Below, piece by piece: positions 8,173 to 16,889 of a stretch of 64,000 bases of DNA (the stretch's first letter is position 1; every line of letters begins with the position of its first letter). A program made the position numbers and the translations under genes. Below the pieces are notes generated by a model. It did no database searches and was not told the DNA's origin. It saw only the letters and a list, made by a program, of their open reading frames with translations. Origin of the DNA: Frankiales bacterium. Lineage in GTDB: Bacteria; Actinomycetota; Actinomycetes; Mycobacteriales; SCTD01. The stretch covers positions 20,850-84,849 of the forward strand of contig JAODND010000091.1 in the NCBI GenBank assembly GCA_025465465.1. Direction: 5' to 3'.

Positions 8173-9320
8173 AAGCGTTCGATGATGGTGGCGTTCGCCT
8201 GGCCGCCGCCCTCGCACATCGACTGCAAGCCGTAGCGGGCGCCCCGACGCTCGAGCTCGTGCAGCATCGAGACCATGATCCGGGCGCCACTCGCACCGAT
8301 CGGGTGCCCAAGAGCGATGGCGCCCCCGTTGACGTTGATGCGCTCGCTCTCGGCGCCGATCTCCTGCTGCCACGCCAGCACGACAGAGGCGAACGCCTCG
8401 TTGATCTCGAAGAGGTCGATGTCCCCGACCTCGAGGCCAGCACGGCTGAGGGCAGCGTGCGTTGCGGCGATGGGGGCGGTCAGCATGTAGACCGGGTCGT
8501 CACCGCAGACCGACATCGTGTGCACCCTCGCCCGCGGGGTCAGCCCCAGGTCCTTGACGGCTCGCTCGGAGCAGACCAGCAGGGCGGCAGCCCCGTCACT
8601 GATCTGGCTCGAGAGCGCCGCGGTGATGACGCCGCCCTCGATGAGCGGCGGCAAGGACGCCATGCGTTCGAGGCTCGTGTCGGGCCGGGGGCACTCGTCC
8701 TGGGAGCCGCCGCCGAACGCCACGATCTCGCGCTCGAAGTAGCCCCGGTCCCTGGCAGCTGCGGCGCGCCGGTGGCTCGCCAGGGCGAACTCCTCCATCT
8801 GAGCGCGGGTCAGCCCCCACTTGGAGGCGATCAGCTCCGCGGCGCGGAACTGGTTGATGTCCTGGCCCCCGTAGCGCCGTTGCCACTTCTTGCTGGTGGC
8901 GAACGGGTCCGCATGCAGCAGGTCCGCACCCGCCGACCAGGCGATGTTGAGGGGCACCACGCTCATGAGCTGGACGCCACCAGCGACGACGACGTCCTGC
9001 ACGCCGCTCATCACGGCCTGGGCCGCGAAGTGCACCGCCTGCTGGGACGATCCGCACTGTCGATCGATCGTGACGCCGGGCACGGACTCGGGAAGGCCGG
9101 CAGCCAGCCAGGACAGCCGTGCGATGTCGCCCGCCTGCGGTCCGACGGCGTCCGTCGCGCCGAGGATGACGTCGTCGACGCGTGCGGGGTCGATCCCGGC
9201 CCGACCGATCAGGGCACTCAGCGTGTGCGCCGCGACGTCCACCGGGTGCTCCGCGCTCAGACTGCCGCCGCGCCGTCCGACCTGCGTGCGGACCGCTTCG
9301 ACGATGAATGCCTCGGGCAT
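8169..9320 (-). CDS. acetyl-CoA C-acyltransferase (thiolase II, FadA-like)
   Basis: Internal ATG at 9320 (MPEAFIVEAVRTQVGRRGG...). It has the active-site context TIDRQCGSSQQA and the C-terminal MCEGGGQANA. Confidence 0.9.
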   Translation of the reverse strand: MPEAFIVEAVRTQVGRRGGSLSAEHPVDVAAHTLSALIGRAGIDPARVDDVILGATDAVGPQAGDIARLSWLAAGLPESVPGVTIDRQCGSSQQAVHFAAQAVMSGVQDVVVAGGVQLMSVVPLNIAWSAGADLLHADPFATSKKWQRRYGGQDINQFRAAELIASKWGLTRAQMEEFALASHRRAAAARDRGYFEREIVAFGGGSQDECPRPDTSLERMASLPPLIEGGVITAALSSQISDGAAALLVCSERAVKDLGLTPRARVHTMSVCGDDPVYMLTAPIAATHAALSRAGLEVGDIDLFEINEAFASVVLAWQQEIGAESERINVNGGAIALGHPIGASGARIMVSMLHELERRGARYGLQSMCEGGGQANATIIERL

Positions 9321-9366
9321 CGGGAGTTCCCTCTGGTGTGTCGACACTGCAACACGGACGACGTTA

Positions 9367-9786
9367 TCAACCAAACGATTGGTAGTCAACGTCTCGTGAT
9401 GGCTCGCAGAGGTCCGCGAGCCGGCCCAGGGCCCGCCCGACGGACAGCGCGAGGCCTGCCAGCAGGTCGTCGGGCTCGAGCTCGGTCGTGTAGCTGACGG
9501 AGCACCGGTCGTCGCCCTCGGCCGTCACCTCGACCGTGCCGAGGTGCAGGTCGACCGCGAGTCCTTCCGTGATCCGGTACTGCAGCAGCCGGCGCTCGGG
9601 GTCGTTGACCAGGATCTGTTCAACGATCACCGCGCCGGAGTGCAGCTCGCAGACCCGCTGCGCGCCCTCCATCCGGCAGCTCTGCACGCTCGGAAACCAC
9701 TGGGGCAGCGCGCTCGCATCGCCGACGATCGCCCAGACGGACTCCGCTGCCGCCGCGAGCTGCCTGACCTGGCGATCCACGCTCAC
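9367..9786 (-). CDS. SRPBCC (polyketide cyclase/dehydrase-like) ligand-binding protein
   Basis: The GTG at 9786 is preceded by GGAGG 4 nt upstream. The sequence VDRQVRQLAAAAESVWAIVGDASALPQWFPSV... is typical of the SRPBCC N-terminus. Confidence 0.7.
   Translation of the reverse strand: MSVDRQVRQLAAAAESVWAIVGDASALPQWFPSVQSCRMEGAQRVCELHSGAVIVEQILVNDPERRLLQYRITEGLAVDLHLGTVEVTAEGDDRCSVSYTTELEPDDLLAGLALSVGRALGRLADLCEPSRDVDYQSFG
9370..9383. promoter_or_regulatory. candidate operator, site 1: ACCAAACGATTGGT
   Basis: A 14-bp palindrome 49 nt upstream of the thiolase start (9320), with flanks ca...ta conserved across the other sites. Confidence 0.6.
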
Positions 9787-9803
9787 GATACCTCCACGAG
9801 ACA

Positions 9804-9817
9804 ACCAACCGTTTGGT
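9804..9817. promoter_or_regulatory. candidate operator, site 2: ACCAACCGTTTGGT
   Basis: Lies in the 81-bp divergent gap between the SRPBCC start (9786) and the acyl-CoA ligase start (9868). Confidence 0.6.
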
Positions 9818-9867
9818 ACGGTACGCTGGTCATGCGAAGGTGACAAGCGCGTGACCGGGATGGAGCC

Positions 9868-11400
9868 ATGACGGAGCTCTCACTAGGTGAGGTGTTCGCG
9901 GCGCGCGCCCGTGACCTCGGCGCGTCGCCCGCTCTGATCGCCGACGGCGTCGAACTGAGCTTCGCCGAGCTCGACGACCGCGCCGGACGGCTGGCCGGTG
10001 CTCTGCGCGCCGCGTCGGTGGGGACCGGCAGCAGGGTCGGTTACCTCGGCAGGAACAGCTCCGAGTACGTCGTGTCGCTCGCCGCGTGCGGCAAGCTCGG
10101 CGCCGTCATGGTCCCGCTCAACTGGCGGCTGGCGCACGCAGAGCTGGTGGCGATCCTCGCCGACGCGCAGGCTGTTCTCGTCATCGTCGACGACGAGTTC
10201 ACCGCCGCCGCCGAGACCTTGCGCGCAGATCGCGGCGTCGCGGCCGACGTTCGGCTCGTCGACACCCGCTCGCCAGCCGGCCCCCGCTGGTACGACGGCC
10301 ACGCTCCGCACCTGCCGACGTCGCTGCCGCCCGCCGAGGCGGTTGCCCTCCAGCTGTACACGTCCGGCACCACCGGACGGCCGAAGGGCGTCCTGTCGAG
10401 CCACGTCTCGGTGATCGAGTCACTCAGGCTGCTCAGCCGCGTCGCCGGGATCCAGCGGTCCTCGGTCAGCCTGTGCACGCTGCCGACGTTCCACATCGGA
10501 GGGACGTCCTGGACACTGGCCGGCATCTTCGCCGGCTGTCCGACGGTGCTCCTGCGGGAGACCGACGCCGAGGCCGTGCTCGACGCCGTGGCGGCGCAGC
10601 ACGTCACGACGATGATCGCCGTGCCCGCCGTGATCCAGCTGCTCGTCGAAGCACTGCACGACGGCGACACCCGAGGGAAGACGCTCGAGCGGCTCTACTA
10701 CGGCGGTGGCCCGATGACCGGGCCGGTGCTGGAGCGCGCGCTCGCGGCGTTCGGCTGCGAGTTCGTGCAGGGCTTCGGCATGACCGAGCTGCCCTTGATG
10801 CTCGCGCTGACCCCTGACCTGCACGTGCCCGGCTCGCCGCTGCTGCTCTCGTGCGGACAGCTGGTGCCCGAGACCGAGGCGCGCATCGTCGACCCGGCGA
10901 CCGAGGCCGAGGTGGGCCCCGGCAGCGTGGGCGAGCTGTGGGTCAGGTCGTCGCGCACGATGCTCGGCTACTGGAACCAACCCGACGAGACGGCAAAGGC
11001 TCTCGTGCCCGGCGGCTGGCTGCGCACCGGCGACGCGATGCACGTGGACGAGGACGGCTTCTACTTCCTCCACGACCGCATCAAGGACGTCATCATCTCG
11101 GGCGGCGAGAACATCTACTCAGCCGAGGTCGAGAACGTGCTCATGGCCCATCCGGCGATCCTCGAGTGTGCCGTCATCGGCGTGCCGTCTGCTCGATGGA
11201 CCGAGACGGTCAAGGCCGTCGTGGTGCTGCGGGCAGGGCACTCGGCCGCTGACAGCGAGCTCATCAGCTTCTGCAGGGAGCGACTGGCCGGCTACAAGTG
11301 CCCGACCTCCGTCGAGGTCGTCGCCGCTCTGCCCCGGACCCCTTCGGGCAAGGTGCGGAAGGCCGACCTCCGAAAGCCGTACTGGCCTGCGACCCGCTAG
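9868..11400 (+). CDS. AMP-dependent acyl-CoA synthetase/ligase (FadD-like)
   Basis: 510 aa. It has the AMP-binding motif YTSGTTGRPKGV, plus GELWVRS, TGDA and PSGKVRK. Confidence 0.9.
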   Translation: MTELSLGEVFAARARDLGASPALIADGVELSFAELDDRAGRLAGALRAASVGTGSRVGYLGRNSSEYVVSLAACGKLGAVMVPLNWRLAHAELVAILADAQAVLVIVDDEFTAAAETLRADRGVAADVRLVDTRSPAGPRWYDGHAPHLPTSLPPAEAVALQLYTSGTTGRPKGVLSSHVSVIESLRLLSRVAGIQRSSVSLCTLPTFHIGGTSWTLAGIFAGCPTVLLRETDAEAVLDAVAAQHVTTMIAVPAVIQLLVEALHDGDTRGKTLERLYYGGGPMTGPVLERALAAFGCEFVQGFGMTELPLMLALTPDLHVPGSPLLLSCGQLVPETEARIVDPATEAEVGPGSVGELWVRSSRTMLGYWNQPDETAKALVPGGWLRTGDAMHVDEDGFYFLHDRIKDVIISGGENIYSAEVENVLMAHPAILECAVIGVPSARWTETVKAVVVLRAGHSAADSELISFCRERLAGYKCPTSVEVVAALPRTPSGKVRKADLRKPYWPATR

Positions 11401-12044
11401 CGCGGACGGGCCGCCGCGGCAGGCTCCGCGACACCGAGGACGGCTGCCAGCGCGAGCTGTGCGTAGCTCTTCGCGACCTCGGCCGGGGAGTCCTTCCCAT
11501 CCGGCCGGTACCAGTCGGCCACCCAGTTGGTCCCGCCGATGACGAACGACGACACGAACCGCTGGTTGACGGTGCCCTGGAGCCCCTTGAACTTGTACGC
11601 CGCGGCGATCAGGTCTCGCAGGTAGCGGTCGTACTGACGGCGGCGCTCCACCAGCTTCGCGCGCCGCTCACCTGTGAGATAGCGCCAGTCCCTGAAGTAC
11701 AGCGACTGCAGCTCCAGGTTCTGCAGGGTGTTGGCCACACCGCGCTCGAGGTAGGCCCGCAGCCGCTCGACGGGGTCGACGTCGAGCGCCTCGAGCTCTC
11801 GCATCATCAGCTCGGCGTCGCCATGCGCGTTCTCGAAGATCTGGAAGAGCAGGTCTTCCTTGGAGTCGATGTAGTGGTAGACGCTGCCCTTCAGCACGCC
11901 CACGGCATCCGCCACGTCCTGGATGCTGGCTGCCGCATAGCCCTTCTCCGCGAAGATGGCCAGAGCAGCCTGCAGGATCTCCGCTTCGCGGTTGCGGCGA
12001 CCGGCCGGCGCAGCACCGGACTTCCGCGCGTTCGACTTCATCAC
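11397..12044 (-). CDS. TetR/AcrR family transcriptional regulator
   Basis: 215 aa. The N-terminal HTH reads ILQAALAIFAEKGYAAASIQDVADAVGVLKGSVYHYIDSKEDLL. It converges on the ligase gene with a 4-nt overlap. Confidence 0.9.
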   Translation of the reverse strand: MMKSNARKSGAAPAGRRNREAEILQAALAIFAEKGYAAASIQDVADAVGVLKGSVYHYIDSKEDLLFQIFENAHGDAELMMRELEALDVDPVERLRAYLERGVANTLQNLELQSLYFRDWRYLTGERRAKLVERRRQYDRYLRDLIAAAYKFKGLQGTVNQRFVSSFVIGGTNWVADWYRPDGKDSPAEVAKSYAQLALAAVLGVAEPAAAARPR

Positions 12045-12095
12045 GCCCCCAGACGACCGTTCGTTCGGTACGCACCCTAGCCCGCGGAGCCTCGA

Positions 12096-12935
12096 TCAGA
12101 GCCCAGCTGCGTCGGCCATGACGGCAAGAGCTTCCAGGGACTTGTCGCGAGGCAGCGTCTCCAGCAGGAACACGCACACGTCCACGCCCATGGCTTCGTA
12201 GGACGCGATCTGCTCGGGGTCCGCCGCCATGCCGAACAGGTAGACGGGGACGCGCCCCCGCCCGAGCTCCTCCGACCTCCGGCGCAGTTCCGAGATCCGC
12301 TCCGGCAGGTCCGGCATCGGCGGCCAGCCTGGGTTGGGTGCCCACGCATCTGCGTACTCGAGGACCCGGTCGACGACCGTCGGCCCCATGCCACCGAGGA
12401 CGATCGGCGGGTGGGGAAGCTGCGCGGGTCTGGGCCGCACCGTGGTGGGCGCGATGGTCACGAGCTCCCCGTCGAAGCTGGCCACCTCCTCGGACCACAG
12501 CTGCGTGATGGCGCGCACCCGCTCACCGAGAAGCTTCGTGCGCGTGCGCGGATCCGTGCCGTGCTGCCGCATCTCGTCGACGTTCCAGCCCGCGCTCACG
12601 CCGAACACGAACCGCCCCCCGCTCAGCTGATCGAGGCTGGCGACCGACTTGGCGGTGTGGATCGGGTCACGCTGGACGAGCAGGCACATGCCGGTGCCCA
12701 CTCGCAGTGTCCGGGTTGCCGCGGCGGCAACCGTCAGGGCGACGAACGGGTCGTAGGTGTGGAAGTACTCGGGCGGAAGGTCTCCCCCACCGGGGTAGGG
12801 CGTCTCCCGGCTGGCAGGGATGTTGGAGTGCTCCGTCAGGAACAAGTAGTCGAACCCGTGTCCCTCCAGGCCCACGGCCAGGTCATCCGGCCGAATGCTG
12901 TCGTCGGTCGCGAACGTGACGATCCCGAACTCCAC
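12096..12935 (-). CDS. LLM-class (luciferase-like) F420-dependent oxidoreductase
   Basis: 279 aa. MEFGIVTFATDDSIRPDDLA...FDYLFLTEHSNIP...SGGRFVFGVSAGWN resembles the F420-dependent LLM subfamily. The GTG start is preceded by AAGGAG. Confidence 0.85.
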   Translation of the reverse strand: MEFGIVTFATDDSIRPDDLAVGLEGHGFDYLFLTEHSNIPASRETPYPGGGDLPPEYFHTYDPFVALTVAAAATRTLRVGTGMCLLVQRDPIHTAKSVASLDQLSGGRFVFGVSAGWNVDEMRQHGTDPRTRTKLLGERVRAITQLWSEEVASFDGELVTIAPTTVRPRPAQLPHPPIVLGGMGPTVVDRVLEYADAWAPNPGWPPMPDLPERISELRRRSEELGRGRVPVYLFGMAADPEQIASYEAMGVDVCVFLLETLPRDKSLEALAVMADAAGL

Positions 12936-12946
12936 TGCTGGCTCCT

Positions 12947-13153
12947 TCAGACGAACGCGATCGAGATGGCGGACTCAGGGCATCCGGAGGCGACGCGGCG
13001 CAGCTCTTCGAAACGGCTCTGCGGCTGCACCGCACCGAGGACCTCACCGAGACCGTCGTCGTTGTCGCCGGAGGCGAACACGTCCGGGCTGCCGAGCACG
13101 CACATCTGGTGGCCGCGGCACAGCCCCGGATCGATGGAGACCCTGAGCGTCAT
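12947..13153 (-). CDS. small ferredoxin (P450 redox partner type)
   Basis: Internal ATG at 13153 forms an ATGA overlap with the P450 stop. The 68-aa product is MTLRVSIDPGLCRGHQMCVLGSPDVF...ASGCPESAISI, a single-cluster ferredoxin pattern. Confidence 0.75.
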   Translation of the reverse strand: MTLRVSIDPGLCRGHQMCVLGSPDVFASGDNDDGLGEVLGAVQPQSRFEELRRVASGCPESAISIAFV

Positions 13154-14412
13154 GCAGCGCCCCGGGTCGACAGCCTGCGCCCAGGGGTGAAGGTGGCGGG
13201 CATCGTGACCCAGCCGTTGACGATGCCGAGGTTGGGGTACTGCCGGCTGCGCTGCTCGTCGATGGAGAAGTCCGGCATCCTGGTCAGGACCTCGCTGAGG
13301 ATGAGCTCCACCTGAGTGCGAGCCAGGTGCGACCCGAGGCACCGATGCAGCCCCAGCCCCCAGGACACGTGCTTGTTGGGCATGCGGTCCATGACGCACT
13401 CGTCCGCCCGCGGGAACGTCGCCTCATCGCGGTTCGCAGACGCGTAGGACAGCAGCACGCGCTCACCCGGCGACAGCACCTGACCGCCCAGCACCGCCGG
13501 CTTGCGCACCGTGCGAGCGAGTGCTTGGACGGGCGTGAACATGCGCATGAACTCCTCGGTGGCCACCGGCAGCCTCGACAGGTCGGAGACCAGGAACTCC
13601 CGCGCCTCCGGGTGCCGGCTGAGGTAGGCGAACGCGTTCGCCAGCAGCGTCGTGGTCGTGTCCACGCCGCCGGAGAACAGCGTGTAGACGACGCTCATCG
13701 CAGCCTCGTCGTCGATCGGCGCCCCGCCGATCTCCGCGCTCGCGACATGGCTGATCAGGTCGGCACCCGGATCACGCCGACGCCGGGCGATCAACTCGCG
13801 GATGCGCTCGACGATGCCTTGCAGGCCGGTGACAGCCTCGGCGTACTCCGGCGAGCCAGGTGGGTATCCCAGCGCGTTGTGGAACGGTTCGGAGTACGTC
13901 GCCCACTCCGCCACGTCGATACCGAGCAGCTGCAGGACCGAGCTCGCGGGGATGGCCGCAGCGATGTCGACGGCGAGGTCGCACTCACCCGCCTCGATGA
14001 CTTGGTCCACGTAGTGGGTGGTGAGCTCCGCGATCATCGGCCGGTAGTCCCAGACCGCTGTCGGCGAGAACCGCGGAGCGAGGAGCCGTCGGAAGTCCTC
14101 CCACTGCGGGTTGTCGACCTCGGTCGGGATCATCGGCACCAGCCCACGCTCGGCCGGTACGAAGATCCCGCCGCTGTAGTTGCCGGCGTCGTCGGTGGCG
14201 GCTCCGCTGGTGTACGTCACCGCGTCGCGGAGCACCTCCGACACCTCGGCATAGGACGTCACGACCCAGTAGCCGCCGTTGCTCTCCGACCAGGCCACGG
14301 GGGTGGAGTTGCGCAGCTCGCGATAGACCTCGAGCGGCCCACGAGCGGTGTGCTCGGGCGAGTTGTGGTCGAACGCGACGGGGCAGCGTGCTGTCGGCAG
14401 TTCCTGTGGCAT
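13150..14412 (-). CDS. cytochrome P450
   Basis: Internal ATG at 14412 (MPQELPTARCPVAFDH...). It has the EEFMR (ExxR) motif and the heme-thiolate loop HVSWGLGLHRCLGSHLAR. Confidence 0.9.
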   Translation of the reverse strand: MPQELPTARCPVAFDHNSPEHTARGPLEVYRELRNSTPVAWSESNGGYWVVTSYAEVSEVLRDAVTYTSGAATDDAGNYSGGIFVPAERGLVPMIPTEVDNPQWEDFRRLLAPRFSPTAVWDYRPMIAELTTHYVDQVIEAGECDLAVDIAAAIPASSVLQLLGIDVAEWATYSEPFHNALGYPPGSPEYAEAVTGLQGIVERIRELIARRRRDPGADLISHVASAEIGGAPIDDEAAMSVVYTLFSGGVDTTTTLLANAFAYLSRHPEAREFLVSDLSRLPVATEEFMRMFTPVQALARTVRKPAVLGGQVLSPGERVLLSYASANRDEATFPRADECVMDRMPNKHVSWGLGLHRCLGSHLARTQVELILSEVLTRMPDFSIDEQRSRQYPNLGIVNGWVTMPATFTPGRRLSTRGAA

Positions 14413-14444
14413 CACCACGTGTGGAGCCTCTCTGGTCGGCTCGT

Positions 14445-14798
14445 TCAGCGAGCGATGATCCCGTGCAGCTGGAGGTTCTTGCGACGCCGCTCCTGGGCGT
14501 CGGGGCTGATGAGCTCCGGGGTCCATTCCAGCCCGTGGTCCATGGAGACCGTGACGGACGCGACCCCGGGCAGCTCCGCGAGCCGCCGCTTGATCTCGAC
14601 GTCGAAGTAGCCGACGTTGTGGCACAGCGGCGCGGTCAGCCGCAGCGTGACATGGAGCCGCCCGTCGTCATCGAGGTCGACGGCCTTGACGAGGCCCATC
14701 TCCTCGATGCTCATCGGTGTGCCGGACGCGACGCTGCACGGGTCGCCTATCCCGTGCAGGATCTCGCGGACCTGGGCGTCGACTCCGGACTCAGCCAA
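14445..14798 (-). CDS. DUF59 / MIP18-family metal-sulfur cluster assembly-like protein
   Basis: 117 aa. VREILHGIGDPCSVASGTPMSIEEMGLVKAV...LTAPLCHNVGYF is the DUF59 (PaaD/SufT-like) pattern. It overlaps the upstream amidohydrolase by 8 nt. Confidence 0.75.
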   Translation of the reverse strand: MAESGVDAQVREILHGIGDPCSVASGTPMSIEEMGLVKAVDLDDDGRLHVTLRLTAPLCHNVGYFDVEIKRRLAELPGVASVTVSMDHGLEWTPELISPDAQERRRKNLQLHGIIAR

Positions 14799-15912
14799 CG
14801 CCGGCCGCCTCGGGCAGGGGCGTCATGACCGCGTCCTTGAGGGGCGTCGTCGAGTACGGGATCGGCAGAGGGCCGTGGTGCGTGAACTCGTCATCCTTGA
14901 TGCCTGCGGCGAGCTTGTCGACGTCGAAGCCGTGCAGGCGCGCGATGTTGCCGCTGAGGATGGCCTTCTTGTGCTCCCGGGTGAGCTGCGGGATGGGGAA
15001 GAAGATGCCCTTGCGAGCCATCTGCTCCTCGGTGAACTGGAAGTCCATGAAGGCCTCCAGCCCGGGCCGCGGGTGCGAGTTCATCGCCCCGGTCGCCCAG
15101 TAGATGCGCTCCAGGGCGGCCTCGCCAGCGACGCTCAACAGGCCCGCGAGCTGCTCGCCGAAGACGCTGGGCCGCATGGTCAGGACGAGGTTCATCGTCT
15201 CGAAGTTGACCCAGATGTTCGGGAAGCGGGCGAGCAGCCAGGCAGTCTCCTCGACGAAGGACAGGCCACCATGGACGATCGAGAAGTTGAGGTCCGGGAA
15301 GGCCGCTGCGGCACCCTCGACATCGACCGGGTTGAACGCATTGCCGCCCGACGGCGATGGTCCCATGGGCAGCGACTTGTGGATGGCGACGGACCGCAAG
15401 CCGAGCTCGCGGGCCTTCTCGTAGAGCGGGAACCCGATCTTCGGGTCGTCCATCCGCCACGGGGTGACCGTGCCCTCGTTGTAGCTGACCGGGTAGAGCT
15501 TGAGACCGACAGGGTTGTTCATCATCTCGACCTGCCGCTCCATCTCGCCCAGGGGGTCGGGGCGCAGCGGGTCGATGGACACGTAGGAGCCGATGAAGCG
15601 GTTCGGCCAGCGCTTGGTCGCCTCGAGCGCCTTGGCCACGCTGGAGTAGCCGTCCTTGAAGAAGTAGATGGGCACCGGGTGGAAGATCGCGACGTCGGTG
15701 TTCGACTCGCGGAACATGATGTCCGCCGTCTCCTCGACGCTCCAGTCGCGCAGCGTCTTCTCCCCCTCGAGGTCGTAGCCGGCCGGCTGCCCCGCAAAGA
15801 AGCTCGCCTGGAGCTGGCGCAGTGACTCCGCGTACTCCGGGGAGGCCATGTTGCCCTCGGTCATGTCGAACGCATGGGCCACGCCATCGATGACAAACAG
15901 TCCGTCCTGCAT
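14791..15912 (-). CDS. amidohydrolase-2 family protein (metal-dependent decarboxylase/lactonase superfamily)
   Basis: 373 aa. The N-terminal FVIDGVAHAF and the later IHKSLPMG, VHGG and WATGAM patterns fit a TIM-barrel amidohydrolase_2 protein. Confidence 0.8.
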   Translation of the reverse strand: MQDGLFVIDGVAHAFDMTEGNMASPEYAESLRQLQASFFAGQPAGYDLEGEKTLRDWSVEETADIMFRESNTDVAIFHPVPIYFFKDGYSSVAKALEATKRWPNRFIGSYVSIDPLRPDPLGEMERQVEMMNNPVGLKLYPVSYNEGTVTPWRMDDPKIGFPLYEKARELGLRSVAIHKSLPMGPSPSGGNAFNPVDVEGAAAAFPDLNFSIVHGGLSFVEETAWLLARFPNIWVNFETMNLVLTMRPSVFGEQLAGLLSVAGEAALERIYWATGAMNSHPRPGLEAFMDFQFTEEQMARKGIFFPIPQLTREHKKAILSGNIARLHGFDVDKLAAGIKDDEFTHHGPLPIPYSTTPLKDAVMTPLPEAAGVG

Positions 15913-15945
15913 GAGCGGGTCCCTTTCGAGGGTGACGAGTTACCA

Positions 15946-15959
15946 ACCAACCGTTTGGC
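15946..15959. promoter_or_regulatory. candidate operator, site 3: ACCAACCGTTTGGC
   Basis: Lies 33 nt upstream of the amidohydrolase start (15912), in the 113-bp gap after the SDR gene. Confidence 0.55.
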
Positions 15960-16025
15960 TGGACGCTATCCGTGCAACACACCTGGGTCAAGCCGTTCAC
16001 GCGTCGGACTCGCCGTCGCCTCGCG

Positions 16026-16862
16026 CTAGGCGATCAAGGCACCCGCGTCCACCGGAAGGGCGACGCCGGTGATGTAGCGGGCCTCGTCCGAGGCGAGGAA
16101 CAGCAGCGCGTTGCTGACGTCCCGCGACTCGACCCAGGGGATCGGCAGCGCGTTCATGGCCTGCGACGCCGGGGCGAAGTCCTCGCGCGTCGGATGTTCC
16201 AGGTCCGGGCGGAACAGCGCATAGGTGGACTCGTTCATGATCATCGGCGTGTCGACCTGCGTGGGGTGCAGGCTGTTCACGCGAATGTTCTGGGGCGCGA
16301 GCTCGAGGGCGAGGGTCCGCATGAGCCCGACCAGGCCGTGCTTGGCCGACACGTAGTGCGCCACGTTGGCATAGGCCTGCATCCCAGCGGCCGAGCTGGT
16401 GAGGACGATTGATCCTCCCTGGCCACCCGCCAGCAGGTGCGGGATCGCCGCTTTGCAGGTGCGCCAGACACCGCTGAGATTGATGTCGAGCATGGTGGTC
16501 CAGACGTCCTCGGGGATGTCCTGGGCGGGGTACGGTGCCGAGCTGATGCCCGCGTTCGCCGCCACGATGTCGAGACGGCCGAGGTGGGCCATGCCCTGCT
16601 CGACGGCCCCGTCGAGCGCCCGCTGGTCGCGCACATCGGCCTCGATGGCGACGATGCGGCGGCCCAGGTTCTTCACCTCATCGACCGTGCGCGCAAGATC
16701 GTCTGAGGTCGGCCCCGGATAGGGCACCCCCTTGATGTCCTTGCAGATGTCGACGGCGATCACGTCGGCGCCTTCCTCGGCAAGCCGAAGGGCGTGCGCC
16801 CGACCCTGACCTCGGGCCGCCCCGGTGATGAGAGCCACCTTGCCCTCGACTCGACCTGTCAT
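16026..16862 (-). CDS. mycofactocin-coupled / carveol-dehydrogenase-type SDR oxidoreductase
   Basis: 278 aa. The N-terminus GKVALITGAARGQGRAHALRLAEEGADVIAVDIC plus the long insertion before the second strand are hallmarks of this SDR subfamily. Confidence 0.8.
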   Translation of the reverse strand: MTGRVEGKVALITGAARGQGRAHALRLAEEGADVIAVDICKDIKGVPYPGPTSDDLARTVDEVKNLGRRIVAIEADVRDQRALDGAVEQGMAHLGRLDIVAANAGISSAPYPAQDIPEDVWTTMLDINLSGVWRTCKAAIPHLLAGGQGGSIVLTSSAAGMQAYANVAHYVSAKHGLVGLMRTLALELAPQNIRVNSLHPTQVDTPMIMNESTYALFRPDLEHPTREDFAPASQAMNALPIPWVESRDVSNALLFLASDEARYITGVALPVDAGALIA

Positions 16863-16889
16863 GTGCCGTCCACCGTTCTGTCCGGAGTG

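Noticed and set aside
1286-9497. Long plus-strand ORFs (for example 1286-2530, 3131-4081, 5933-7039, 6784-8235, 8163-9497) lying opposite the minus-strand operon
   Set aside because: They are typical high-GC antisense shadow ORFs. Their translations are Arg/Pro/Gly/Ala-rich with no recognisable motifs. The minus-strand frames give clear enzyme families with coupled start/stop overlaps.
12054-12070. GACCGTTCGTTCGGTAC upstream of the TetR gene as a fifth operator (autoregulation)
   Set aside because: It only loosely resembles the other sites (CGGTAC versus TGGTAC on one side, with a poor left arm and different spacing). It is not convincing without a scoring matrix.
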